Positions 34,323 to 45,713 of a DNA stretch of 64,000 nucleotides are shown in pieces. Positions within the stretch are counted from its first letter, which is position 1. Each line of letters opens with the position of its first letter. The DNA lies in NCBI RefSeq assembly GCF_001194135.2, contig NC_068998.1:38478106-38542105 (forward strand). The letters run 5' to 3'. Below the pieces are notes generated by a model, which ran no database searches, was not told the DNA's origin, and saw only the letters and a program-made list of their open reading frames with translations. Made by a program: the position numbers and the translations under genes. This stretch comes from Octopus bimaculoides. Lineage: Eukaryota.

Positions 34323-35779
34323 CAGGCTTCTTTCAGTTTCCATCTACCAAATCCATTCAAAGGCTTTAGTCAGCCAGGAGCTCTAGTAGAAGACACTTGC
34401 CTAAGGTGCCATGCAATGGAACTGAACCCGTGACCAAGTGGTTCAGAAGCAAGTTTTTTACCACACAGTCACACCTGTGCCTATATCTGGACAAAAAGGA
34501 AAAGATGTAACGATCAAAGTTAACCTGAAGCTAAACAGCCATAACAACATTATCATCATCATCAACAGCAGCAATAACAACAACAACAACAACGATGGCA
34601 AGCCATCAGGGTAGTAGGAGGAGTTGGGAGGGGGCACTATGTGGTTGGTTTGTCTGCTAGAAATAGCAGCTAAAATACTTCCCAGCTCATACCCTACTGA
34701 TTGGAAGAAAAGGGGAAGAATGCGTTAAATAATGAGGTTCTGGGTCTTTTGCATCTGAAAAACAGAAAGGGGGAACGTTTGATCAGATATCTGTTCAATG
34801 ATAGATGACCTGAGGCTAGGCAACGGCAACATCAATGATGGTAAATATGGGAGCAGTAATGACAATGGCTGGGGATGATGATGATGGTGGTGGTGGTGGT
34901 GGTGGTGGTGGTGATGATGATGAGGAGGAGGTNNNNNNNNNNNNNNNNNNNNNNNNNNNNNNNNNNNNNNNNNNNNNNNNNNNNNNNNNNNNNNNNNNNN
35001 NNNNNNNNNNNNNNNNNNNNNNNNNNNNNNNNNNNNNNNNNNNNNNNNNNNNNNNNNNNNNNNNNNNNNNNNNNNNNNNNNNNNNNNNNNNNNNNNNNNN
35101 NNNNNNNNNNNNNNNNNNNNNNNNNNNNNNNNNNNNNNNNNNNNNNNNNNNNNNNNNNNNNNNNNNNNNNNNNNNNNNNNNNNNNNNNNNNNNNNNNNNN
35201 NNNNNNNNNNNNNNNNNNNNNNNNNNNNNNNNNNNNNNNNNNNNNNNNNNNNNNNNNNNNNNNNNNNNNNNNNNNNNNNNNNNNNNNNNNNNNNNNNNNN
35301 NNNNNNNNNNNNNNNNNNNNNNNNNNNNNNNNNNNNNNNNNNNNNNNNNNNNNNNNNNNNNNNNNNNNNNNNNNNNNNNNNNNNNNNNNNNNNNNNNNNN
35401 NNNNNNNNNNNNNNNNNNNNNNNNNNNNNNNNNNNNNNNNNNNNNNNNNNNNNNNNNNNNNNNNNNNNNNNNNNNNNNNNNNNNNNNNNNNNNNNNNNNN
35501 NNNNNNNNNNNNNNNNNNNNNNNNNNNNNNNNNNNNNNNNNNNNNNNNNNNNNNNNNNNNNNNNNNNNNNNNNNNNNNNNNNNNNNNNNNNNNNNNNNNN
35601 NNNNNNNNNNNNNNNNNNNNNNNNNNNNNNNNNNNNNNNNNNNNNNNNNNNNNNNNNNNNNNNNNNNNNNNNNNNNNNNNNNNNNNNNNNNNNNNNNNNN
35701 NNNNNNNNNNNNNNNNNNNNNNNNNNNNNNNNNNNNNNNNNNNNNNNNNNNNNNNNNNNNNNNNNNNNNNNNNNNNNNA

Positions 35780-36138
35780 GCATAGGGCCTCAACAGTTAT
35801 TTTCCACTTTTTGCGGTCATTGGCGTGTTTCTTGGCTGCTTCCCATGTCAGGCCGGTGGTCCTGAGCTCATCCAAAATGCTCCGCTTCCATGTCTGCTTT
35901 GGGCGTCCTCGCTTCCTTTTCCCCTGCAGGTTCCAGTCAAGTGCTTGTCGTGTCACATTTGAGGGTTCTTTCCGCAGCGTGTCCCCGATCCATCTCCATT
36001 TCCTTCATCTAATCTGAACATGTATGGGCTCCTGGTTGGCCCTTTCCCACAGGTCGGTGTTTGGCACTTTGTCGAACCACTTCAGATGGAGGATCTGCCG
36101 GAGACATTTGTCGATGAAGGTCTGGATCTTCTTGTAGT
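35780..36138 (-). mobile_element. Young RTE-LINE 3' fragment (continues into gap)
   Basis: KIQTFIDKCLRQILHLKWFDKVPNTDLWERANQEP...RKWRWIGDTLRK..NVTRQALDWNLQGKRKRGRPKQTWKRS...WKITVEALC. Confidence 0.92.
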
Positions 36139-36139
36139 T

Positions 36140-36503
36140 GCTGAGTTCAAATTCCTCTGAGGTCGACTTTGCCTTTCCTCCTTTTGAGGTCGATAAAATG
36201 AGTACCAGTTGAGCACTGCAGTCAATGTAATCAATTCACCACCCCCTCCATGAAATTGCTGGCATTGTGTCAAAATTTGAAACCATCATTACAAGCAATC
36301 TGGCAGAATCGTTAACATGCCAGGCAAAATGTTTTGTGGCATTTCTTCCATCTTCATGTCCTGGGTTCAAATTTTGCCAAGGTTAGCTTTGCCTTGAATC
36401 CTTTTGAGATCGATAATATGGGTACCATTCGAACACTGGGGTCAATGTAATTGATTTACCCACTTCTCTGAAATTGCTGGCCTTGTTCCAAAATTTGAAA
36501 TCA
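36140..36503 (+). mobile_element. Two tandem SINE-B copies (36140-36285 partial, 36292-36503)
   Basis: ctgagttcaaattcctctgaggtcgactttgcc ... aaaatttgaaacc. Confidence 0.82.
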
Positions 36504-36619
36504 ATGTCCAAGACATGCAACATAAAGAGAACCACAATATTGTTGTATGTATGTAAAACAGAATGATATGATTTAGCAATGCAAGCTGCAAGAGCACTGG
36601 AAAATCAAGGGTTAGGGTG

Positions 36620-37575
36620 CTGAGTCTAACTCCTCTATCATAGTGCTGAGTTCAACTCTTTTACCAGTATTGAGTCCAGCTCCTCTATCATAGTACTGAG
36701 TTTAACTTTTCTATCACAGTGCTGAGTTCAGTACTGAGTCTAACTCTTCCATTACAGGACTGAGTCCAGTACTGAGTCTAACTCTTCTATCACAGTGCTG
36801 AGTCCAACTCCTCTATCACNNNNNNNNNNNNNNNNNNNNNNNNNNNNNNNNNNNNNNNNNNNNNNNNNNNNNNNNNNNNNNNNNNNNNNNNNNNNNNNNN
36901 NNNNNNNNNNNNNNNNNNNNNNNNNNNNNNNNNNNNNNNNNNNNNNNNNNNNNNNNNNNNNNNNNNNNNNNNNNNNNNNNNNNNNNNNNNNNNNNNNNNN
37001 NNNNNNNNNNNNNNNNNNNNNNNNNNNNNNNNNNNNNNNNNNNNNNNNNNNNNNNNNNNNNNNNNNNNNNNNNNNNNNNNNNNNNNNNNNNNNNNNNNNN
37101 NNNNNNNNNNNNNNNNNNNNNNNNNNNNNNNNNNNNNNNNNNNNNNNNNNNNNNNNNNNNNNNNNNNNNNNNNNNNNNNNNNNNNNNNNNNNNNNNNNNN
37201 NNNNNNNNNNNNNNNNNNNNNNNNNNNNNNNNNNNNNNNNNNNNNNNNNNNNNNNNNNNNNNGCTCCTCTATCATAGTACTGAGTTTAACTTTTCTATCA
37301 CAGTGCTGAGTTCAGTACTGAGTCTAACTCTTCCATTACAGGACTGAGTCCAGTACTGAGTCTAACTCTTCTATCACAGTGCTGAGTCCAACTCCTCTAT
37401 CACAGTGCTGCATCCAACTCCCCTATCATAGCAATGAATCTGATTCCTCTATCAGAGTGCTGAGTTCAACTCCCCTATCATAGTAATGAATCTAACTCCT
37501 TTATCACAGTGCTGAGTCCAACTCTCTATCATAATGTTGAGTTTAACTCTTCTATCACAGTGTCAAGTTTATCCT
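36620..37575. repeat. 26-bp minisatellite (agtgctgagtccaactcctctatcac) spanning a gap
   Basis: Head-to-tail units without spacers. 36679-36819 is repeated identically at 37263-37403. Confidence 0.9.
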
Positions 37576-37789
37576 TTCTGTCATAATAAAATCAATAAAA
37601 AGAGCAGTGACATTGCCAAGAGGAGTGGAAAATCTGATATTTCAGACACAGTCGTTCTTTGAGGAAAAAAATGAAAGAAGAGAAATTAATGCAAGACAGT
37701 AGAATTTTACATCCTCTAAGTTAAAAAAGCAGAATTGGCTGCAGCTGATGGGTATCAACCCTGTGGTTGGTTACCACACAGCCACTCCT

Positions 37790-37925
37790 ATGACAGGCAT
37801 CTTTCAATTTCCATCTAGAAAATCCACTCATAAGACTTTTGTTGGCCCAAGGTTATAGTGGGACTGAACCTGGAACCATGTGGTTGAGAAGCAAACTTCT
37901 TACCACATAACCACGCTCACACCTG
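37790..37925 (-). mobile_element. SINE-A head
   Basis: ggcatctttcaatttccatctag ... gggactgaacctggaaccatgtgg ... accacataaccacgc. Confidence 0.78.
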
Positions 37926-38049
37926 TTATTTATATATAAAAGATAAATAACATATGCCTGCATATATTATTCATTTTTTTTCTATTTGATGTCTGTTTTT
38001 CTTTCTTTTGCTTTTCTTTTGATTGCCCAGTGTACTCTGCAATCTGCAT

Positions 38050-39190
38050 ATTTGTGTGTATGTATATGACAGCCTGTGTCTCTATACATATATGTGTCTC
38101 TATATCTATGTATCTCTGTGTGTATGCGTGTGTATGCATTTATGTATTTACATGGGTATGTGTGTGTATACATACATGTATGTGGCACTCTATGTGTATC
38201 TGTGAGTCTGTGTGTCTACATGTGTGTGTATGTGTTTATGTGTATATGTGTGTATACATACATGTATATGGCTGTGTGTGTATATCTGTATATATCTGTA
38301 TTTGTGTATATGTATGTGTATGCATCTATGTGTCTGTATGTATGTACACATATGTGTGTATGTGTGTGTGTGTATGCGTCCACATGTCTGNNNNNNNNNN
38401 NNNNNNNNNNNNNNNNNNNNNNNNNNNNNNNNNNNNNNNNNNNNNNNNNNNNNNNNNNNNNNNNNNNNNNNNNNNNNNNNNNNNNNNNNNNNNNNNNNNN
38501 NNNNNNNNNNNNNNNNNNNNNNNNNNNNNNNNNNNNNNNNNNNNNNNCTATGTGTCTGTGTGTATATGTGCCTAAATGTGTATGTATCCTTGCATCTATT
38601 TGTGTGTATATGTGTGTGCATGCATCCATGTGTGTATGTGTGTGTGTCTATGTGTGCATACATGTGTGTATGCATCCTTGCGTATGTGTGTATGTATGTC
38701 TATGTGTATGCATCCATGTACCTGTTTGTTTGTATATGCATCTATATGTGTGTATATGCATCCATGTGTCTGTTTGTCTGTATGTGTGTATACATTTACG
38801 TGTCTATATGTGTGTGTATGCATCCTTGTGTCTCTTTGCATGTATGCATGTGTGTGTGTATGCATCCTTATATTTGTGTGCTTATGTGTCTATATATCTA
38901 TGTATACGTCCATGTGTCTTCATGTATGTGTGTATATGCATCCCTGTGTCATTTTGTGTCTATGTGTCTACATGTATGCGTATATTTCCTTGTGTCTGTT
39001 TGCGTGTATATAACTGTGCATATGCATTCCTACATCAATTCGTGTTTGTGTGTGTGTGTGTTTCTATTCATGTATGTGTCCTTGTGTCATTTTACGCATT
39101 TGTATGTGTATGCGTTCCTGTGTCTGTACGAATGCGTGTCTATGTGTATGAGTGTGCAGTGTATGTATGTGTAACTGTGTCTGTCTGTGG
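38050..39190. repeat. Long degenerate (TG)/(TATG) low-complexity tract
   Basis: Visible directly. It accounts for the 372- and 320-aa V/C/Y/M-rich ORFs. Confidence 0.92.
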
Positions 39191-40240
39191 GTGAATAAAC
39201 ATATGTTTCAATGAAATCTTTCAATTTAGAATAGAATTGTTTTTTTTTTGTCTTTTATCTTAATCCTGTCTGAAATGTTTCTTGTATTTATTTATAATCT
39301 CTGTAACCCCACTTGGGATTAGTTAATCATTTGTTTAATTAATCTAATAGATTAATTAGGCAATCTATTTGAAACAAACAAAAAAAAAAACAACATTCTT
39401 ATCTTACATCTGGCTATCATTTTCACAAAACAACAACAGCAACAACAACAACAACAATGAATAAATAGATAAAAAAAAAACAGAAAGCAAACCAGAAAAA
39501 AGAAAAGAAAAGTCCATTTCAAGTTGTTAGAAGAAAGACGACAGCATCATTGACAGTGTGTAGTGTTAGAAGAAATCCCAATTCTGTTGAATGAAGTTGA
39601 TGGCATTTGTCCAAGTTCTTTGTTCCAGAAGAACTAGGCTACACACAGGAAAATCATTCAGTTTTTCCCTTTCACAAAGCCTGATTGAGTTAAGTGAACT
39701 TGAAAATTCCTTCCAATTTTCTCTCCGGCAAAGAAACCCTTTCTGAATTGAAAGATTTTCACAAGCTAAGACATAACTGCAACAACTTAAAGGCTTCTTT
39801 TCAAATAGTGAGATGAAGAAAACAAGTTCAGTTCTTTTTTTTTTGTTGTTTTTGTTAGTCATTTTATAGTTGTTGTTTTCATGTTTTTGCTGTCGCTTTT
39901 GTTACATATTTATTTACTTATTTTCAGTGATTTTTCATTTTTTTTTTTTTTTTACCTATTTTTTTGTGTTTAAACTTTTTTTTACTATGATTATGTCTGA
40001 GTGTTATTGAGGAATTTTTTTTTTTTGTATTTTTTTACATAGTGAGTTCAGGTTTGATAGTTCTGCCAATTGATACATTTACCTGGATTGTTCAAACAAA
40101 TGGCTGCAGGACTTTTTCTAAGACAAACTGGCCATAAGATAAATGTTGTAGTTGTGTGTGTGGAGTATAAGGCGAACATTGCTAATGTACAAGCTATGGA
40201 CTTGTACCCAGTTGTATGGTCAACATATATTGGCTGTTAT

Positions 40241-40676
40241 AAGGCATTGAGCTGGCTGAGTTGTTAGTATACTGGTCAAATCACTTAGCAGCATTCTGTC
40301 TCTGTTATGAGTTCAAATTCCACCGAGGTTAACTTTGCTTTTCATACTTTCAGGGTCAATAAAATATGTACCATTTGAGCACTGGGGTCGATGTACTCAA
40401 CTTCCCCTCTCCCCAGAAAATGCTGGCTTTGCACCAAAATTTGAAACCAGTATATATTGTCCATTATAAAGCAGAAAGCTGACGGAATCATTAACATGCA
40501 GGGTGAAATGCTTTAGTGGTATTTAATGTCTTTATGTTCTGAGTTCAAATTCTGCTGAGGTAAAGTTTGCCTTTCATTCTTTTGAGGTCAGTGAAGTATC
40601 AGTTGATTACTGGGGTTGATGTAATTGACTTAGCATTTCTTCCGAAATCGCTGGCCTTCTGCCAAAATTAGAAACC
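40241..40676 (+). mobile_element. Two tandem SINE-B copies (40241-40448, 40468-40676)
   Basis: Full B bodies ending gaaacc. Confidence 0.85.
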
Positions 40677-40749
40677 AATGTAAATTGTCTGTTGTTGTAA
40701 GGACTATTTGATTCTTATACAAAACCAACACTTTTCTTAGCACCTCTCC

Positions 40750-40782
<33 letters not shown>

Positions 40783-40783
<1 letters not shown>

Positions 40784-41545
40784 GTTTCAAATTTTGACAC
40801 AAGGCCAGAAATTTCGGGGGAGGAGCTAAGTCGATTACATTAACCCTAGTGCTCAACCGGTACTTATTTTATCAACCCTGAAAGGACGAAAGGCAAAGTT
40901 GACTTTGGTGAAATTTGAACTCAGAATGAAAAGATGGACAAAATGCTGAGTGGCATTTTGTCCAACATACAAACGATTCTGCCAGCTCGCTACATAAATA
41001 ATAATGATGATGATGATGATTTCTTTATTAACCGCAAGGGTTTACATTAAGAAAAACATTATGGACAGCACAGGACAAAACAAAGAATGTGTGTGTAATA
41101 ATCTTTTCTACTACAGGCACAAGGCCGGAAATTGTGAGGGAAGGGGTTAGTCGATTACATCGATTCCAGTGTTTCACTGGTACTTAATTCATAAACCCCA
41201 AAACAATGAAAGTCAAAGTCAACCTTGGCAGAATTTGAACTCAGAACATAGCGACGAGCGAAATACCACTAAGCATTTCACCCAGCATGCTAACAATTCT
41301 GCCAGCTCACCGCCTTAATAATAATGATGATGATGATGTTTTTGGCACAAGACCAGCAATCTTAGGGGTCAGAATTTAATCAATTACATCAACCCCAGGT
41401 CTTGACTGGTACTTCATTTTATTGGTTCCAAAATGAGGAAAGGTGAAGCTGATTTCAGCAGGAACTGAAGTCAGAATGCAAAGAGCTGAAAGAAATGCCA
41501 CAAGACATTCTATCCAAAACATTAATGATTCAACTTATCCACCAT
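40783..41545 (-). mobile_element. Three SINE-B copies (40783-40995, 41101-41316, about 41338-41545)
   Basis: Reverse-complement B bodies separated by (AAT)/(GAT) runs. Confidence 0.85.
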
Positions 41546-42289
41546 CTTAAAAAACAGGAGAAAAAAGTCCTCTTCTAAAAAGATTTGTTCTGGAAGAAGT
41601 TGATTTATCTGTCCTAAGTACTTGACTGGTGCCTATTTTATCAACCCTGGAAGTTTAACCTGGTCTAATTTGAACTTAGAACATAGAGGTGTATTTAAAA
41701 ACTGCCAGATGTGTTTCCAACATTTAAAATATGTTTTTTATTCATGGAAATACAGTTTTAATGGAAAGAAAATTCTACAGTTACTCAAATGGGTTATGAT
41801 GATTCGCAAATGGCCAAACATAAAACAGGAGGGAATTTCTGATTAAAAAACGCTTCACAAAAGAACTCATCTCGAATAAGGCTTAAATTAACATTGTTAT
41901 ATTGTTATCCATAATGTCACAGAACAAAGGAAAATAAGCTTGTGATCAAGGAATATATATATAATAGATGGTGTCAAAAGGCAGGCGATAAACTTTGTTA
42001 ATACACCATGTTAAAGAACAGAGAGAAAAAAGTCTTGTAATGAAGAACAAATAATATATGTGTATATATGTAATGAATATTATACATACATGCAAAACAA
42101 AGAAAAAAGAGAAAGGGGAAATATAGTGGTGTCATAAAACAGACGATAACATCATTAAGAGTTAGTTTGTTTACATTTTAATGTGTATTACAACTGAGTC
42201 AAAACAAGCAGACAACATGAAAGCTGTTATGATATAAACATGTGAGATACTAGCAACAGATCAATGAATGGTTTATAATAATGTCAGAG

Positions 42290-42710
42290 TTCCAATGAAA
42301 CAGATGAAAATTGTGCAACAACATATTTGAAATATCTTCTGAATTGTTTTAATTCAAGGGACCGGAATTATCACGTTGTGGTCTGATACATTGATGGATG
42401 TTTCGCAAATATCTGGTTGTTGTGATGATGTGGTGTAAAGCTGCCGATGTCTGCTAATGTTTTGGGGTTGAAAAGCCAGAATGTGTTTTGTTGACCAGTT
42501 AAAAATTGTTATTCCGAGATCGTTAGTGGTGACTATGGTGATGACAGCAAAAATGTTAAAGTTTACACAGCCGTGTACACGGTTGCTGAAGTGGTTTAAA
42601 ATCCTGAAGAGAAGAAATGAGTGAGTCTGTTGAGGTATTTAATCAGAAATACCGACAAAGTTAAATACGGCTGACATCCTTGGGGTGGATGGGAAACGAC
42701 AAGTGAGAGT
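42290..42710 (-). mobile_element. Possible CR1/L2-type AP-endonuclease remnant
   Basis: Decayed VVSHPP (cf. YRPP), GCVNFNI (cf. GDFN) and SINVSDHNVI (SDH) occur in the expected order. Confidence 0.4.
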
Positions 42711-42873
42711 GTCTCATCGACTGACATGGAGTCTGGTAGAAAAAGAACAACAAAGGTGAAAGAAAAAGCCTTGTTTAGTTTAAGGTAGTGGTTCCCAACC
42801 GGAGACCAGGGTTGAAGTAGGGGAAGTTAGCAAATTAAGCAACAAAATTGTAGGCAATAGTTGGAAAATAATA

Positions 42874-43323
42874 GTTTCAAATTTTAGTTCAAGGCCAGCA
42901 ATTTCAAAAGGAAGTGGGGCATGTCACTTACATCCATTTACCAATCTCATACTTGACTGGATCTTTATTTTAAAAACCACAAATGGATCAAAGGAAGAGT
43001 TGATCTTGGTGGGCTTTGAACTCAGAATGTAAAGAGTCAAAAGAAGTGTCACTTAGCATCGTTTAGTCAAATGCGCTGACAATTCTGCCAGCTCACTGCC
43101 TTAAATGTTAGGACCTACTGTAGGCACAAGGCCTGAAATTGTGGGGGTGGGGGACTAGTCGATTATATAGATCCCCAGTGTTTCACTGGTACTTAATTTA
43201 TTGACCCCGAAAGGATGAAAGACAAGGTCGACCTCAGCGGAATTTGAACTCAGAATCTAGTGATGAGCAAAATACTGCTAAGCATTTCATCCAACATGCT
43301 AACAATTTCACCAGCTTACTACC

Positions 43324-43325
<2 letters not shown>
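42874..43325 (-). mobile_element. Two tandem SINE-B copies (42874-43102, 43115-43325)
   Basis: Reverse-complement B bodies. The second abuts (AAT)n. Confidence 0.85.
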
Positions 43326-43363
<38 letters not shown>

Positions 43364-43421
43364 TGATGATGATGATGATTTTTTTTTAATGTAGTACATG
43401 GTCACACATCTTGGGTGATGT

Positions 43422-43625
43422 TTTATCTTTTACTTGTTTCAATCATCAGACTGCAGCCATGCTGGAGCACTGCTATGAAGAAATTCTCATCGAATGAATT
43501 GACCTCCCAGTACTTGACGTTTATGATAAGCCTGGTACTTATTCTATCGGTCTCTTTTGCCAAACCACTAAGTTAAGGAAACATAGATACACCGACACTG
43601 ATTGTCAAGCAGTGGGTGGGGACAA

Positions 43626-43660
<35 letters not shown>

Positions 43661-43820
43661 CGATGGGCTTCTTCCAGTTTCCGTCTACCAAATCCACTCA
43701 CAAGGCTTTGGTCGGCCGAGACTACAGTAGAAGACACCACTTGCCCAAGATTCCACACAGTGGGACTGAACCTGGAACCATGTGGTTGGGAAGCAAGCTT
43801 CTTACCACACAGCCACACCT
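43422..43820 (-). mobile_element. Full-length SINE-A
   Basis: Tail, (CA)n and head all present on the minus strand. Confidence 0.88.
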
Positions 43821-43943
43821 TTTTAATATGGGATGGTCATATCTGAAATATCTTTTGATCATAGTTCTACATTTTTGGGGTTCACTCAGGGTTAAACTGC
43901 AACAACAACAACAGTTACTGCTACTGATGCTACTACTACTACA

Positions 43944-44002
<59 letters not shown>

Positions 44003-44422
44003 ATCATGGATGTAGTCTAATGAATGAACATGTTACCAAAACATTCACACTGTCTCTCTATGAAACAAGTATTTGTCCATTGTAACAAGGTTTTCCTGTT
44101 TTTTGATTTTTTGTCTGTCACTTATGTTCCAATTACATTTAAACATGTTACATGAAACATACCAATATATCACAGATTTAAGTGAAGTTGTAATGTTAAA
44201 TATTAAGACAGATGATAGTGTACTTGAAAAAAAGTACCAGAGAGTACTATGAAATAAATTTCAACTTTTGGAAATAGAAATAAAAATCTAGTCACAGCTG
44301 CTTTACTAATTCAGATATTGCTCTATTGACCCACACCTTGCTAGTTCTTAATCAATTACTGGTATTTTGGTGTATCCTTAGCAAAGGCATCTAATCCTCA
44401 CCAGCCCGGTCATATTTAAGCT

Positions 44423-44511
44423 CAGGGGTTCTCAACCATTTTTATCTATGGACTCCTTTGATTACTATTTTATTCTGGGGGACTCCCACAGCCATTTGAT
44501 GTTTAAAAACT
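44423..44511 (+). mobile_element. Left end of the hAT MITE family seen at 3615
   Basis: CAGGGGTTCTCAACCAttttt atctat.gac.cctt matches 3615-3700. No right TIR was found. Confidence 0.7.
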
Positions 44512-44750
44512 ACATTATTTACATTTGACGGATATTTGTCGTCATCTTGTTTGTTGTTAACACAACGTTTCGGCTGATATACCCTCCAGCCTTCATCAGG
44601 TGTCTTAGGGAAATTTCGAACCTGGGTTCTCATTCCTAAGGTATTTTTCGGTGTTGTTATTATTATTATTATCATTATTCAGGTCACTGCCTGGAATCAA
44701 ACTCGGAATCTTGGGGTTAGTAGCCTGTGCTCTTAACCACTACACCATAT
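44512..44750 (-). mobile_element. Family F: tRNA-type head + (TAA)n + hammerhead-containing tail
   Basis: A box TGGTGTAGTGG (44737-44747), B box GAGTTTGATTCC (44693-44704), short (TAA)n, then a hammerhead at 44559-44604. Confidence 0.78.
44559..44604 (-). ncRNA. Minimal type I hammerhead ribozyme
   Basis: GACAC-CUGAUGA-A-GGCUG-gagggUAUAU-CAGCC-GAAAC-GUU-GUGUU. 5-bp stem I, 5-bp stem II, palindromic ACGU stem III. Confidence 0.82.
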
Positions 44751-45323
44751 ATTCATTCACCAAAATAATCTACATCCATGATGGTGCATCCCATGGTTTC
44801 AAGCTACCTTGGCTCAGGTGGTTACATGCTATTTAACTCACAGCTGGGACCCTGACAAGTGCTACAACATCAGGTCAGGGTAGACTTAGGAACAAAAGTG
44901 GTTAACAGGTGGTTCCACAGAGGGTCAGTTTTAAGCCCATGACACAGATTTGTTCAAACTGAGCCCAGTGTCAAGAGGGGGCCCTGTGCACATGTTCAAG
45001 CAGAGGACACTAGGGTAAATTTTTAAAATATCATTATGGCTAAAGGTAGAGCCTCAAGCCCACAACACTTTTTGGCTGGGACTGGCGTACTACACAAAGC
45101 ATAAAATATCAATCTTCAGCTTTTGTAGAGTCGAGGGCCCCAGTGACAATTCTCTAATTGGGCCCCACTCTTCCTAGCATCAACCCTGGTTCCACACCCC
45201 TCAAAAACCTGAAACTCCTGAACCAAGCTCCTACTACCAGATGCAGTTTAAAGTCATGCTCAATGCTAAGGTTAAACCCAGAACAACTTTTGTAACCTGT
45301 TATAATGAGAAGCATCTCATTAC

Positions 45324-45425
45324 CTCGCAGTTCTGTATTTAACCCTGTCATGCCATGTTCTTGATACACCAGGAATAGCCTACGCATAATCTCTGCCAGG
45401 TTCCCATTGAAACAGTAATGGACAG
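45324..45425 (-). CDS. Candidate internal coding exon (102 nt, phase 1-1) of an unidentified host gene
   Basis: Minus strand: pyrimidine-rich tract ...ttcttctatgtgAG|ct gtc cat tac tgt ... ctg cga g|GTAATG. Open frame (A)VHYCFNGNLAEIMRRLFLVYQEHGMTGLNTELR in non-repeat sequence. The GAG acceptor is an uncommon type. Confidence 0.4.
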
Positions 45426-45514
45426 CTCACATAGAAGAATAAAATACTAAAAATAGACAACCAATCATGTTACAGCTTTGCATTGACATATGTTTATGAC
45501 TCATTGTTAATGGT

Positions 45515-45666
45515 GTTCCATGTGGTAAGAAGCTTGCTTCCCAACCACATGGTTCTGGGTTCAGTCCCAACTGCATGGCACCTTGAGCAAGTGTCTTCTA
45601 CTATAGCCTCAGGCTGACCAAAGCCTTGTGAGTGGATTTGGTAGATGGAAACAGAAAGAAGCCCAT

Positions 45667-45670
<4 letters not shown>
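45515..45670 (+). mobile_element. SINE-A head (tail lost in gap)
   Basis: gtggtaagaagcttgcttcccaaccacatggttctgggttcagtcc ... gaaagaagcccattg. Confidence 0.85.

Positions 45671-45713
<43 letters not shown>

Larger units (their letters stand above)
33400..34485 (-). mobile_element. SINE-A (tail 33400-33640, head 34320-34485) with gap and a family G element inside its microsatellite
   Basis: Tail and head are in the correct order on the minus strand. Confidence 0.75.

Noticed and set aside
36620-37575. CRISPR-like regular repeat
   Set aside because: The units are head to tail with no unique spacers, in a eukaryotic context. It is a minisatellite; the same applies to 55375-55630.
45365-45425. 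Similarity of AVHYCFNGNLAEIMRR to the secretin-family GPCR TM7/helix 8 motif (AVLYCFLNGEVQAEIKR)
   Set aside because: The match needs two single-residue deletions in a conserved motif, and there is no preceding QGFF or transmembrane segment. Treated as coincidence, so no gene symbol was assigned.
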